Sequence record: MN850615.1
Source of the DNA: Escherichia phage kvi
Reading direction: 5' to 3' (one strand)
DNA: 64,000 nucleotides
How positions within the stretch are numbered: the stretch's first letter is position 1; the number at the start of each line of letters is the position of its first letter. Below the pieces are notes generated by a model. It saw only the letters and a list, made by a program, of their open reading frames with translations, was not told the origin of the DNA and ran no database searches. Made by a program: the position numbers and the translations under genes. Of the stretch, positions 47,106-55,520 are shown piece by piece.

Positions 47106-47563
47106 TTTGTGATCTCCTTATACTCAACACACCATAAGCGGGTAGCCCATGATAAACGCTCATAACGCTGGCAGAAATCGGACCATAGATATTGTGTACC
47201 GTCTTGCATGGTTGAAATATGCGTTTTCTCTCCAACTTTCACGAAAGAAGTATTCGATTTTGTTATCTCGACCGGAGTATATCCGAAAGCTGGTTCCAAG
47301 TCAACATCTGAACTAAATGCTAATTTAACAGAATTTGTTTTTCTGACCGCTGTCCGGTTTCCTTCTGGGTATAGCACAGCAGGTTTAGCGCCTAAGCGGA
47401 TAAACTCAGTGTTTTTAATAAACAGAATATCATGATAACCGTCATATCCCGACACTTCCATAGTAACAGGAAAATCGATATGTGCTAAACCCGGTAGATC
47501 TCGCATATCATGAAATGTAGTCATAATCTTTTTCATCCTGTATTCCTCACTCTTCTGTTTCAT
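47102..47563 (-). CDS. hypothetical protein (153 aa)
   Basis: minus-strand ORF in tight array. Confidence 0.45.
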   Translation of the reverse strand: MKQKSEEYRMKKIMTTFHDMRDLPGLAHIDFPVTMEVSGYDGYHDILFIKNTEFIRLGAKPAVLYPEGNRTAVRKTNSVKLAFSSDVDLEPAFGYTPVEITKSNTSFVKVGEKTHISTMQDGTQYLWSDFCQRYERLSWATRLWCVEYKEITK

Positions 47564-47783
47564 TTCTTTTATATGGTACTATAACAGGATTAATACAGCA
47601 AGCACCAATTACGTTATGAGCACCACAATTTAAGCATTTATAATCATGGAACTTATTAAGGAATCGCCCGAACTCATAACCGACTAACGCCGCGTGTACT
47701 TGAGTCTCGATCTCATCCATATCAGCCAATGTTTTAACCTTCATAATATAATCCTCAAATACTGGTTTTGCGAAGATGGTCAT
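47547..47783 (-). CDS. hypothetical protein (78 aa), Cys-containing
   Basis: minus-strand ORF; …CLNCGAHNVIGACC…. Confidence 0.4.
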   Translation of the reverse strand: MTIFAKPVFEDYIMKVKTLADMDEIETQVHAALVGYEFGRFLNKFHDYKCLNCGAHNVIGACCINPVIVPYKRNETEE

Positions 47784-48045
47784 TACATGCTTTTAATGCA
47801 TCAGTCGAGGTGTCATAGCGAGTATTATCATAGCACCAATAACCATCTGTCAACTGATAAATTAATCCATCCTTTTTAGCGTCGATGAAAGACAATTCTT
47901 TGAAAGTTTCTACTTTCTTTGCTGATACTCCACGGTCACGGCGTTTATAGAGTTTAGCTAAAATGCGTTCAGCTTGTTCCTCTTTATCGCCAGACAGATC
48001 CCAGATGATGTTTCTGATATGCTTGATTAATTGTTCAGTGGTCAT
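47755..48045 (-). CDS. hypothetical protein (96 aa)
   Basis: minus-strand ORF downstream of a PeSL promoter. Confidence 0.4.
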   Translation of the reverse strand: MTTEQLIKHIRNIIWDLSGDKEEQAERILAKLYKRRDRGVSAKKVETFKELSFIDAKKDGLIYQLTDGYWCYDNTRYDTSTDALKACNDHLRKTSI

Positions 48046-48074
48046 ATTTGATTCTCCTTAGTTGGTATGGTTAT

Positions 48075-48103
48075 CATTATACGGGGATTTCTCCCCGTGT
48101 CAA
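48075..48103 (-). promoter_or_regulatory. sigma70-type promoter (PeSL)
   Basis: TTGACA (48103-48098) with AT-rich -10 region (TATAATG) 15-17 nt downstream; GGGGA…TCCCC inverted repeat. Confidence 0.4.
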
Positions 48104-48106
48104 CAA

Positions 48107-48328
48107 TTAAATGATCTCTGCTTCACCGTTAAGGAAGAAAGACCATGTTTTGTTAGGATAACGAAGCGCCCACGATTCAGCAGTTTTAACACCAGCTTCG
48201 AACAATTGACGGCTGGTTACTTTAGCCATACCATCTTCGATGGCAACGTTTTCAATAATCATCGGGTACTTAGCGCCACGCATGAAACCGAAGCCAGCGG
48301 AAGATTTGATAATTTTAACAGTTGCCAT
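48107..48328 (-). CDS. hypothetical protein (73 aa)
   Basis: ATG at 48328 preceded by the conserved leader and GGAGAAUCAAAA RBS. Confidence 0.4.
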   Translation of the reverse strand: MATVKIIKSSAGFGFMRGAKYPMIIENVAIEDGMAKVTSRQLFEAGVKTAESWALRYPNKTWSFFLNGEAEII

Positions 48329-48366
48329 TTTTGATTCTCCTAGAAAGTGTCGTGTTTCGATGGGTG

Positions 48367-48395
48367 TATTATGCAATAACACCGGATCGCTGTCA
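48367..48395 (-). promoter_or_regulatory. sigma70-type promoter (PeSL)
   Basis: TTGACA (48395-48390), 17-nt spacer, CATAAT (48372-48367). Confidence 0.5.
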
Positions 48396-48413
48396 ACACT
48401 TTCTAAGAAAAAT

Positions 48414-48698
48414 TTAAACTAATCGAATATAACCAAGAATTTCAGCACCTTTAGCCAGTCCTAAAACTTCCCATTCAAGGTCGCCGTAGTCATAATTTGC
48501 AACCATCAACTGACCATTTTTCATGCAGCAATCATGAGAGAAAATTTGCCCCGCATAAACTACGATAGTAATAAACTTTCCTGATTCTGGCGGTGTGGAA
48601 GACAAAGCGACCATATGACCATTCAGCTTAGTAACCAGTGATGGAACAATAAAATTCGGGCTTACCTTAATACCGTTAAATTCGTTTGTGTCTTTCAT
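48414..48698 (-). CDS. hypothetical protein (94 aa)
   Basis: minus-strand ORF in tight array. Confidence 0.4.
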   Translation of the reverse strand: MKDTNEFNGIKVSPNFIVPSLVTKLNGHMVALSSTPPESGKFITIVVYAGQIFSHDCCMKNGQLMVANYDYGDLEWEVLGLAKGAEILGYIRLV

Positions 48699-49045
48699 GC
48701 CAGACCTCGCAAAACACTAATAGCATAATCATGCTGGTTATTCATAATATCGATTGCATTGTGATAACGAGCTAAACCATCAAGGATAAATTCTTGTTTA
48801 TCCTGTTTCAGTTTGGTATCACGCGCAGCCATAAGAGCATCAAGAACAGGTCCAAAGTGATTATCTAATTCATCTTCGGTTGCAATGTTTCCTATTGCCT
48901 CGTCGATCCGTGATTCTAATGCTTGCTTTTCGTTGATCACTTGCTGGGTATATTCCAACACATCAAGGATATCGCGGGTAACGTCGCCATGATAAGGTAT
49001 TCCCGCATGAAGATGATCAATTAGTCGTTGAATGTCAATGTTCAT
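48695..49045 (-). CDS. hypothetical protein (116 aa)
   Basis: minus-strand ORF in tight array. Confidence 0.45.
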   Translation of the reverse strand: MNIDIQRLIDHLHAGIPYHGDVTRDILDVLEYTQQVINEKQALESRIDEAIGNIATEDELDNHFGPVLDALMAARDTKLKQDKQEFILDGLARYHNAIDIMNNQHDYAISVLRGLA

Positions 49046-49380
49046 TTGTAACCCTCCTCTGAAAGCACATCCCAGATCGTTGAGTCAAGGTGCATTAAAT
49101 TCCACATAATAGAGTCATAACTACCGAAGCCAGAAGTAAAAATTACATCACACTGGCGATAGGTCTTATGAAAATCGGTGGCTGTCTCTGCATCAATAGG
49201 CATATCGTCACCGGAAAGCACCAGACATTTAAGAATCATAACTCTGTTAGCCGTTGGCGCTTGCTTAGTCTTTTCAGCATATTTTTCGATGATCCGTTTT
49301 GCCTTTTCTTCTTTGATACGTCCAGACCAAATCCGGTTTCGGTATTGATTCATAATAATTTCAATCACATCATTTTGCAT
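49042..49380 (-). CDS. hypothetical protein (112 aa)
   Basis: minus-strand ORF in tight array. Confidence 0.45.
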   Translation of the reverse strand: MQNDVIEIIMNQYRNRIWSGRIKEEKAKRIIEKYAEKTKQAPTANRVMILKCLVLSGDDMPIDAETATDFHKTYRQCDVIFTSGFGSYDSIMWNLMHLDSTIWDVLSEEGYK

Positions 49381-49579
49381 TCTTCACGGTCTCCATAATG
49401 GTTTTGTAAGCCAGTTTAAGATGATCACCGAAAAACTTTGCGGTGTCACCCTTCGGATCGCGGAGCATGGTTTCTACGATCTCATCGGCAGCAACAATTT
49501 CTCCTTTCTTTGCTGCATGTTCTACCATATACTTCAAAGTTTCTTCGGAAGCAAGTGCTGCGGCTACTGGATTAATCAT
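49370..49579 (-). CDS. hypothetical protein (69 aa)
   Basis: minus-strand ORF preceded by the conserved leader. Confidence 0.4.
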   Translation of the reverse strand: MINPVAAALASEETLKYMVEHAAKKGEIVAADEIVETMLRDPKGDTAKFFGDHLKLAYKTIMETVKNAK

Positions 49580-49608
49580 TTTGATTCTCCTTTGTTGTCG
49601 ATGTGTGC

Positions 49609-49637
49609 ATTATGCTATACCCTATTCCGGTTGTCAA
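49609..49637 (-). promoter_or_regulatory. sigma70-type promoter (PeSL)
   Basis: TTGACA (49637-49632), 17-nt spacer, CATAAT (49614-49609). Confidence 0.5.
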
Positions 49638-49642
49638 CACCT

Positions 49643-49677
49643 AAAAACGAAAAAGCCACCCTTTCGGATGGCTTTTG
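49643..49677. terminator. bidirectional rho-independent terminator
   Basis: AGCCACC-CUUUCGG-AUGGCU hairpin (49654-49673) with an A-tract on one side and a T-tract on the other, so a U-run follows in either orientation. Confidence 0.6.
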
Positions 49678-49906
49678 ATTATATTTTATTCACGTCCATT
49701 TGTATAGTAGTGTTTGAATCGACCTTTGCTAAACTAGTTAAACATAGTAACCAATTCACCATCCCTTTCCAATGATAACCCTTCCTCGTCTTAGACGGGT
49801 CTTCCGATTCGGTAGTAATTGAACACGCGAAAGTATGAGGAAGCCAAATAGTTGTGTTAATGCTAGTATTCTTTTACTTCTGGTATGCATCCCACGGTGA
49901 CTAACA

Positions 49907-50305
49907 TTAAGCCAGTCGAGTGAGTTTATAAATTGTTTTAAAGCATAGAGCTTTGATATCGTCTAAAACGCTCTGTAACGAGCTATCAACATCATTATAA
50001 ATCTCACTAGCCATTTGCGTTAACTCTTGCAAATAGGCAATTTCGCTAATCTCCTTGCGAACGACCAACGTTGGCTGATAACGACCAGTGATCCCAATAT
50101 TGGTTTCAGTGAAATCATCAACCAATTCTTGCATTTCAAGATAGAACTCTTCTAGAGCCTTATGTTTTGCATAAGATCCAGGACCAGTTACCCCAAAATG
50201 CGCAGAATGCATATAAGTAACACTCATCAGACATTCACCGATAAAGCGGTCAACTTTATTATCTTTTCCCTCTTCGGACGTCTTTCGAAAATCACTGAAT
50301 TTCAT
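49907..50305 (-). CDS. hypothetical protein (132 aa)
   Basis: ATG at 50305 (MKFSDFRK…); track ORF extends upstream into the neighbouring gene. Confidence 0.4.
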   Translation of the reverse strand: MKFSDFRKTSEEGKDNKVDRFIGECLMSVTYMHSAHFGVTGPGSYAKHKALEEFYLEMQELVDDFTETNIGITGRYQPTLVVRKEISEIAYLQELTQMASEIYNDVDSSLQSVLDDIKALCFKTIYKLTRLA

Positions 50306-50594
50306 GTTCTCGATTCTCCATATTATGCAACATAACAAACTGTTGTGCGGCATATTCCCCCATAATAAAACACTGCTTAGAATCCATACATTTACTACGA
50401 GCATACATCTTCATAATATGGGCATGAAATTTCTGGCTGGTTTCAATAGAAGGAGATATTTTGTTTACATATACTATCATTGCACCGTCGAAATAATCAG
50501 TAAAGTCACCAGTTGGATCATATTGATCAGCACTGACACTTCCGACCGCAGTCAAGCATATTGCCGCTGTTAGAGTTTTACGAATAAATGACAT
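50292..50594 (-). CDS. secreted/periplasmic protein (100 aa) with N-terminal signal peptide
   Basis: MSFIRKTLTAAICLTAVGSVSA signal-like N-terminus; TATAAATA motif ~30 nt upstream. Confidence 0.45.
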   Translation of the reverse strand: MSFIRKTLTAAICLTAVGSVSADQYDPTGDFTDYFDGAMIVYVNKISPSIETSQKFHAHIMKMYARSKCMDSKQCFIMGEYAAQQFVMLHNMENREHEIQ

Positions 50595-50627
50595 AAGTCA
50601 TTCCCCCAGATTGAAAATATTCAGTTA

Positions 50628-50635
50628 TATTTATA
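50628..50635 (-). promoter_or_regulatory. T4 late-promoter motif TATAAATA
   Basis: exact TATAAATA on minus strand inside the loop of a 9-bp stem (CCCCAGAUU/AAUCUGGGG), ~34 nt upstream of the ATG at 50594. Confidence 0.4.
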
Positions 50636-50662
50636 ATCTGGGGCTTTATTTATGATTAACTC

Positions 50663-51259
50663 TTATTTGGTAGTACCGTCAATAAAATGTTTACGACACA
50701 CAGAAACATATTTATCCTCTGCGCCGACTTCTATTTGAGCACCATCGCGAATAACATTACCCTCTTTATCTACACGAAGGACCATTGTTGCTTTCTTGCC
50801 ACAATGACAAATACCCTTCATTTCGACCAGTTTATCAGCAAATGCCATTAATGCCGCAGATCCTTCAAATAGATTGCCCTGAAAGTCAGTGCGAAGGCCA
50901 TAGCACAGTACAGGGATATTTGCATCATCAACAAGCGCACACAAGCCTAAAACATGCTCTTTAGTCATAAATTGGGCTTCGTCTACAAAAACTGCATCTG
51001 GACGCCATCGATCCGGTCTACGCTTACCTAACGATTCACGATAAACCAAGTCGAAAAGATCATCCGATTTAGTGAAGGTGATCGCTGGAGCACTTAGACC
51101 AATTCGGGAAACGACTTCACTTTCTGAATCTCGATTATCAATCGCTGGCTTAAGAATTAATACTCGCATATCACGTTCTGTATAGTTATAAGCACTTTGT
51201 AACAGGGAAGTTGATTTGCCAGCGTTCATAGATGCATAGTAGAAATATAATTGCGCCAT
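50663..51259 (-). CDS. tk: thymidine kinase
   Basis: 198 aa; Walker A ASMNAGKSTSLLQ, …VFVDEAQF…, zinc-binding C…CHCGKKAT…C; colinear with T4 Tk as recalled. Confidence 0.95.
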   Translation of the reverse strand: MAQLYFYYASMNAGKSTSLLQSAYNYTERDMRVLILKPAIDNRDSESEVVSRIGLSAPAITFTKSDDLFDLVYRESLGKRRPDRWRPDAVFVDEAQFMTKEHVLGLCALVDDANIPVLCYGLRTDFQGNLFEGSAALMAFADKLVEMKGICHCGKKATMVLRVDKEGNVIRDGAQIEVGAEDKYVSVCRKHFIDGTTK

Positions 51260-51552
51260 TAATTAATCTCCAAAAATCCAGCAAGACCTAAACCAATATA
51301 AGTCCAGATACAAAGGAAAAAGAAGCAAACACCCATAGCAAAGATAAATCCGCGTAGTGTCTTTGGATAACCTACCCAATATTCCCGACCATTTTCTAAC
51401 CGGATCAGTTTATTTCCTTGAGAGTCCATATCAATTACAACATGTTTATTTCTGGATTGTAACAGATATTGCTTGACAATCTCAATACCCGCCATAATAA
51501 CAATAACGAAATTAAAAGTCCACATAACAAGGTTAATGATAGTCTCAAGCAT
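51259..51552 (-). CDS. membrane protein (97 aa)
   Basis: two predicted transmembrane segments. Confidence 0.45.
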   Translation of the reverse strand: MLETIINLVMWTFNFVIVIMAGIEIVKQYLLQSRNKHVVIDMDSQGNKLIRLENGREYWVGYPKTLRGFIFAMGVCFFFLCIWTYIGLGLAGFLEIN

Positions 51553-51787
51553 TTTCTATCACCTCCACCCAATCAGGCGTTTCCTGAAATACTCCTTCGC
51601 CTTCGTGGTGGATGCATCCTTTATTGCTACAATACATCCACCAATCCCACATTCCCCACGGTAAACGCTGCATATCGTCGTTACAGCAAGTGAAGACAAT
51701 AGGCCAACCACATCTAACACATCGGCAGTTTTCCTTCATGTGAGCGGTATTAGGATTCTTCATAGATGACTCCAATATAATCGACAT
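51545..51787 (-). CDS. Cys/Trp-rich small protein (80 aa)
   Basis: …CRCVRCGWPIVFTCCN…GCIHHEG…; start uncertain. Confidence 0.4.
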   Translation of the reverse strand: MSIILESSMKNPNTAHMKENCRCVRCGWPIVFTCCNDDMQRLPWGMWDWWMYCSNKGCIHHEGEGVFQETPDWVEVIENA

Positions 51788-51990
51788 TTACATTTAGGGC
51801 AATGCGGTTCTTTAATATAATACCCGTCTGTCTTTGGAACACTAACAGGAGCGGTTTTTATATTGTATTCCGTGAAACAACGAAAACAAGTTACGTTTTC
51901 CACAGACTGACGTTTCACCCAATCACCGGAATAGAGGTCATTTTTATTTGTCATATTCCACCACCACAATGTTAATGTCTGGAGTAGCAA
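51760..51990 (-). CDS. zinc-ribbon-like small protein (76 aa)
   Basis: …CFRCF…CPKCKC…. Confidence 0.4.
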   Translation of the reverse strand: MLLQTLTLWWWNMTNKNDLYSGDWVKRQSVENVTCFRCFTEYNIKTAPVSVPKTDGYYIKEPHCPKCKCRLYWSHL

Positions 51991-52399
51991 TATTAATGAT
52001 CTCTTCTACACATTCCCACTCAAGGCCACCGATACCGCAACCGATTTTAGGAATATAGAAAGGCTGTATAGCACCTTCAAAAACATCATTGAGAGTCTCA
52101 AATCCTTTCAGGATAGCACCATATTCAGCATTTGGACCCGGTCGGAATTGGGTATAGAGATTCACCCCGCACCAGTTATAACCATTAACTCGATGAGTCC
52201 AGACACTAAACCCACCCAGCTTTTCGACCTTACCGCGAGAAGTTTGCTTGTCAATCTCTAACGCTTGCGGGAACTCTTTCGCGATCTTCGCAGCAATACC
52301 AGCGCCCATAGTATGAAAACAATTACAACCATGAATTAAATGACCGTTTCCTTGTTTAAACAGGGCGATGAGATCGCCCTTTACAGTATCAATAATCAT
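51944..52399 (-). CDS. macro domain protein (ADP-ribose binding/hydrolase family)
   Basis: 151 aa; …HGCNCFHTMGAGIAAKIAKEFP… matches the macro-domain GxNxxxxMGxGIAxxF signature. Confidence 0.75.
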   Translation of the reverse strand: MIIDTVKGDLIALFKQGNGHLIHGCNCFHTMGAGIAAKIAKEFPQALEIDKQTSRGKVEKLGGFSVWTHRVNGYNWCGVNLYTQFRPGPNAEYGAILKGFETLNDVFEGAIQPFYIPKIGCGIGGLEWECVEEIINIATPDINIVVVEYDK

Positions 52400-52414
52400 A
52401 ATATAAACCTCTCA

Positions 52415-52774
52415 TTAGTCACGGGAAGACAACCCAGCCATAAAACGGCTTAACAGTGTGTCGCGATAAGCAAAGCATAATTGCTTATCAGGAGCAGTAT
52501 CACACAAGTTGCGTTTTGTTTTAGCAAAGCTGGCAATACTCAGATCCCATGCTCGATTTTTTCGTTTTTCGTCTCGACCTTGTTTGTATGCTTCATCAAG
52601 TTCGAGCGCGATAAAATCACTACACATGTTATCATCATCACAGAAGGTTTTAATGATCTTTTTGTTGATCTCAAATCCTTTGTATTCGAACTTTGGATAA
52701 GGGCGCTCATTACTAGCAAGCGCACCAGCCGAGAACATCATAGCAATCATAGCAACTATTGTCAACTTTTTCAT
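52415..52774 (-). CDS. secreted protein (119 aa) with signal peptide
   Basis: MKKLTIVAMIAMMFSAGALASN… followed by Cys pairs. Confidence 0.45.
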   Translation of the reverse strand: MKKLTIVAMIAMMFSAGALASNERPYPKFEYKGFEINKKIIKTFCDDDNMCSDFIALELDEAYKQGRDEKRKNRAWDLSIASFAKTKRNLCDTAPDKQLCFAYRDTLLSRFMAGLSSRD

Positions 52775-52781
52775 ATATTCC

Positions 52782-53372
52782 TCAATAGCGTTTAGTTTTA
52801 AGAATGCCTTTACTCTTTAGATGGTTAGCCTTTTTTAGTACGTCATCAGCATAGCCTAACCCAGCTTTATAGTTCCATCCAGCATTGTAAGAAGCTAGCG
52901 CGAGTCGGATATTACCGTTTCTAACATCCAGCCAGTATGCTAACTCATCCATCGCGTAGAATGCAGAAACCTCGCGATTCATGATAAAGTTGATAGTCTG
53001 GCGATCACTCATTTTAACACCGCGCTTTGCATTTTTCGCTTTCACCGTTTTAAGGTAATTTTGAAATAATCCATAAGCATGATGATTTTTCTTTGGTGCT
53101 AAGTTTGCACCCGCGCTTGATTCTTGCCATGCGATACCCGCCAGGATGTGACCTAAACCCTTTCCGTTATAGCGAATATTCGGATGGTCCTTTTTCAACT
53201 TACCGCTTTTCTCGAATTGTTCGCCGTATTGATAGGCGAAATGTAAATTATCTAGTTGGTGTGCTGTAAAGTTGTCTATCGGCGCTTTTTTGATCGGTGC
53301 GCTAGTCGATGCGTGTGTAGCACCAACGGCTAGTGACAGACTCAATACTATCGCTTTTAGAACTTTTAACAT
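52782..53372 (-). CDS. soluble lytic transglycosylase (SLT domain) with signal peptide
   Basis: 196 aa; signal-like N-terminus; …GIAWQESSAGAN… catalytic Glu motif and …ASYNAGWN…. Confidence 0.7.
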   Translation of the reverse strand: MLKVLKAIVLSLSLAVGATHASTSAPIKKAPIDNFTAHQLDNLHFAYQYGEQFEKSGKLKKDHPNIRYNGKGLGHILAGIAWQESSAGANLAPKKNHHAYGLFQNYLKTVKAKNAKRGVKMSDRQTINFIMNREVSAFYAMDELAYWLDVRNGNIRLALASYNAGWNYKAGLGYADDVLKKANHLKSKGILKTKRY

Positions 53373-53406
53373 TAATTTCTCCTGTTTGGCTTAACTTTCT
53401 GATTCC

Positions 53407-53435
53407 ATAATATAGCCATATCACCAGAAAGTCAA
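53407..53435 (-). promoter_or_regulatory. sigma70-type promoter
   Basis: TTGACT (53435-53430), 17-nt spacer, TATTAT (53412-53407). Confidence 0.35.
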
Positions 53436-53457
53436 GCATTATTTTAACCAATCTCCA

Positions 53458-53880
53458 TTATTGGTCAACTTTCAAAACAACAGCCGACATTTTACCCGCC
53501 AGTCGTTTTGGATTCTCTATAATCATTCGGCAGCATAGACCGTGATATGGCTTACCGTCTTCAATTAGGTCTACTGTCATCCCGATCCACATGTTACCGT
53601 CAGTAATTTCTAATCGATTAGGTCGGTCTTCCATTTTCAGGAAGTCGAAGATCTCCGGCAAACGAGTTTCTACCTTATTGAATAGTTCCATTGTCTTATG
53701 TTCATCGATATGACGATCGGTTAGACGGTCGATCATATGCGGACTAAAGCGAATGAAAATATACTCACCGTAACCATTATTCAAGCACTTTTCTTTGATT
53801 TGTGCGTTAGTCTTACGCATTTCAGTTTCGAAGAATCTGCGCAGCTTGCTACGGCGAACATGTACGTTAATTGTTTCCAT
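53458..53880 (-). CDS. regB: RegB-like sequence-specific endoribonuclease
   Basis: 140 aa from ATG at 53880 (AAAGGA RBS); resembles T4 RegB in size and motifs (…RRSKLRR…, …RLEITDGNMWIG…) and lies next to tk; recall-based. Confidence 0.5.
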   Translation of the reverse strand: METINVHVRRSKLRRFFETEMRKTNAQIKEKCLNNGYGEYIFIRFSPHMIDRLTDRHIDEHKTMELFNKVETRLPEIFDFLKMEDRPNRLEITDGNMWIGMTVDLIEDGKPYHGLCCRMIIENPKRLAGKMSAVVLKVDQ

Positions 53881-53884
53881 TTTA

Positions 53885-54220
53885 TTATCCTTTCTTAAAC
53901 AAATTGCGAAGCCAGTATACAAACGGGATTTCTTTAAACTTGAATTTCTCTATAGTTAATTCTTTAGTAGCAAGATGAATACCATAAGCATCATGTGTCA
54001 CGATATGCCATTTTCTATAGTCCAAATGTGAACAACCGTCTGGATCTAGGTTAATAAGAGTTTCTCGCTCACTAGGATTATTTTTCCACAATTTTGTAAT
54101 AGGATCGCACATAATTCGACCTAGCGTACCATGAATAATCTCACAACGGTAAAGTTTTCCAGCAGTGAGATAGGCGCACCCGTCATAGTCGGTATAAACA
54201 AACACTTCTTTAACACTCAT
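53885..54220 (-). CDS. small protein (111 aa), tandem paralogue family 3
   Basis: ATG at 54220 (GGAG RBS, conserved leader); shared motif DGCSHLD…W. Confidence 0.4.
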   Translation of the reverse strand: MSVKEVFVYTDYDGCAYLTAGKLYRCEIIHGTLGRIMCDPITKLWKNNPSERETLINLDPDGCSHLDYRKWHIVTHDAYGIHLATKELTIEKFKFKEIPFVYWLRNLFKKG

Positions 54221-54248
54221 TTTAATACTCCTTTGTTTCGATGGGGGT

Positions 54249-54277
54249 ATATTACTACCCCCGTTTTGTTGTGTCAA
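54249..54277 (-). promoter_or_regulatory. sigma70-type promoter (PeSL)
   Basis: TTGACA (54277-54272), 17-nt spacer, TAATAT (54254-54249); GGGGGTA…TACCCCC inverted repeat. Confidence 0.5.
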
Positions 54278-54538
54278 CTACTTTTTCAAGATTTTTTTAA
54301 TTGCGTTCCAAAGACCTTTATTCTCAGGTTGTTTTGGTTCTTCGATTAGTGTCCATGTTCGACCGTCTAAGTGTGCACAATTTTTAAGACAAATAAAAAT
54401 CTGGTGTCCCTTATCATCACGGATATAACCACTATTCGCAAATCTTTCATGTGGTGTATATTCATACAGTGTATTTGGTGTAATATACTTGCGGTTACTA
54501 TAAGGTGTCATCACATACATCATGGTACTAACTCCCAT
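54278..54538 (-). CDS. small protein (86 aa), tandem paralogue family 3
   Basis: shared motif …GYIRDD.G…NCAHLDGRTW…. Confidence 0.4.
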   Translation of the reverse strand: MGVSTMMYVMTPYSNRKYITPNTLYEYTPHERFANSGYIRDDKGHQIFICLKNCAHLDGRTWTLIEEPKQPENKGLWNAIKKILKK

Positions 54539-54714
54539 TTATCACCGCGAAGATGAGAACATCCACCATCAAGAAGTATCGTAATACGATAACCTATATC
54601 ATCTTTGATGTAACCGATTGTCGGTGGATTTTCGTCGTCTCGTGTCGGGGTAAAATCATACATCTTTCCGGGCGTAATATCTTGTCCTTTATTGCTATTG
54701 GTATAAACTTTCAT
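54520..54714 (-). CDS. small protein (64 aa), tandem paralogue family 3
   Basis: shared motif …GYIKDD.G…GGCSHLRGDKW…. Confidence 0.4.
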   Translation of the reverse strand: MKVYTNSNKGQDITPGKMYDFTPTRDDENPPTIGYIKDDIGYRITILLDGGCSHLRGDKWELVP

Positions 54715-54735
54715 TTTCTTAATCTCCTATATTAA

Positions 54736-55434
54736 CTAACCACGGGTATAGTGTTCCAGAACAACTGTCAGATGAATATATTCTAATAGATCTTTCCAAA
54801 AGTCAACATCTGGTTCTTCCGGCATACCGTTTTTCTTTGCCTCTTCACGCGCGAGTTTAACACGCTCGTAGAGATCTTTCAATTCTTCCCGCACATTATC
54901 AAAGGTTCTTTCTCCTAACTTACACGCTAAAATAGAAGAACGTCGCGCGAGCGGGAATTGTAAATCACCTGTCTGATAGATTTCAAGTAGCTGATAACCA
55001 ACACGCAGAGCATGAGAAAGATCTTTCCAGTTACTGAAATACTTTTCAGATTTGGCTACCTGCTTTTTGAGATAGCCAGACAAACCCCACATACCAACAT
55101 GATAGAATTTATCGCGATGTGTTCGGATGTATTCCCATTCTCTGGAGGATTCAACCAACATGTTACTAGGCGCGTGCACCATGTCAATAGCGCCGATATC
55201 GCCTTTACATGCCAGGTTGATAAACCGTTTTAGACTGAACATATTAACGTCAATATCGTCTTTGGTGTTCTTGATACCTTGACCGCTAGTGCTTTGATCA
55301 TAGTGTTCTTTCATCGATCCTAAGATAATTTCTTTCGCAGTCGGAACAAAGATACCACGATAATCTTTATCGGAGTTTTCAGTATCAAGGCCGTATAAGT
55401 GAGATCCGAAAACCATTTTAACCATTGTATGCAT
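54736..55434 (-). CDS. polymerase-beta superfamily nucleotidyltransferase of unknown function
   Basis: 232 aa; N-terminal FGSHLYGLDTENSDKDYRGIF fits the hG[GS]…[DE]h[DE]h nucleotidyltransferase signature. Confidence 0.6.
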   Translation of the reverse strand: MHTMVKMVFGSHLYGLDTENSDKDYRGIFVPTAKEIILGSMKEHYDQSTSGQGIKNTKDDIDVNMFSLKRFINLACKGDIGAIDMVHAPSNMLVESSREWEYIRTHRDKFYHVGMWGLSGYLKKQVAKSEKYFSNWKDLSHALRVGYQLLEIYQTGDLQFPLARRSSILACKLGERTFDNVREELKDLYERVKLAREEAKKNGMPEEPDVDFWKDLLEYIHLTVVLEHYTRG

Positions 55435-55482
55435 AATTAAACCCTCAGTTGATTAAGAGATTGCATCATATCATCATAAAAC

Positions 55483-55510
55483 GAAAAAGCCAACCCTTTT
55501 CGGATTGGCT
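55483..55510 (-). terminator. rho-independent terminator after the GrcA-like gene
   Basis: AGCCAAUCC-GAAAA-GGGUUGGCU hairpin followed by UUUUUCGUUUU on minus strand. Confidence 0.65.
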
Positions 55511-55520
55511 TGATGAAAAA

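Noticed and set aside
47017-47235. Minus-strand ORF of 72 aa
   Set aside because: Overlaps the ends of two better-supported co-directional genes (46851-47105 and 47102-47563) in another frame; no RBS.
49680-49906. 44-codon ORF (MHTRSKRILALTQLF…) in the long intergenic tail
   Set aside because: No Shine-Dalgarno sequence, unusual composition, and it lies between a stop codon and a terminator; more likely non-coding.
49925-49950. T4 middle (MotA-dependent) promoter with a TGCTTTA mot box
   Set aside because: A single mot-box-like sequence with imperfect spacing to a TATAAA element; no motA/asiA genes are in the window, so this is too weak to call.
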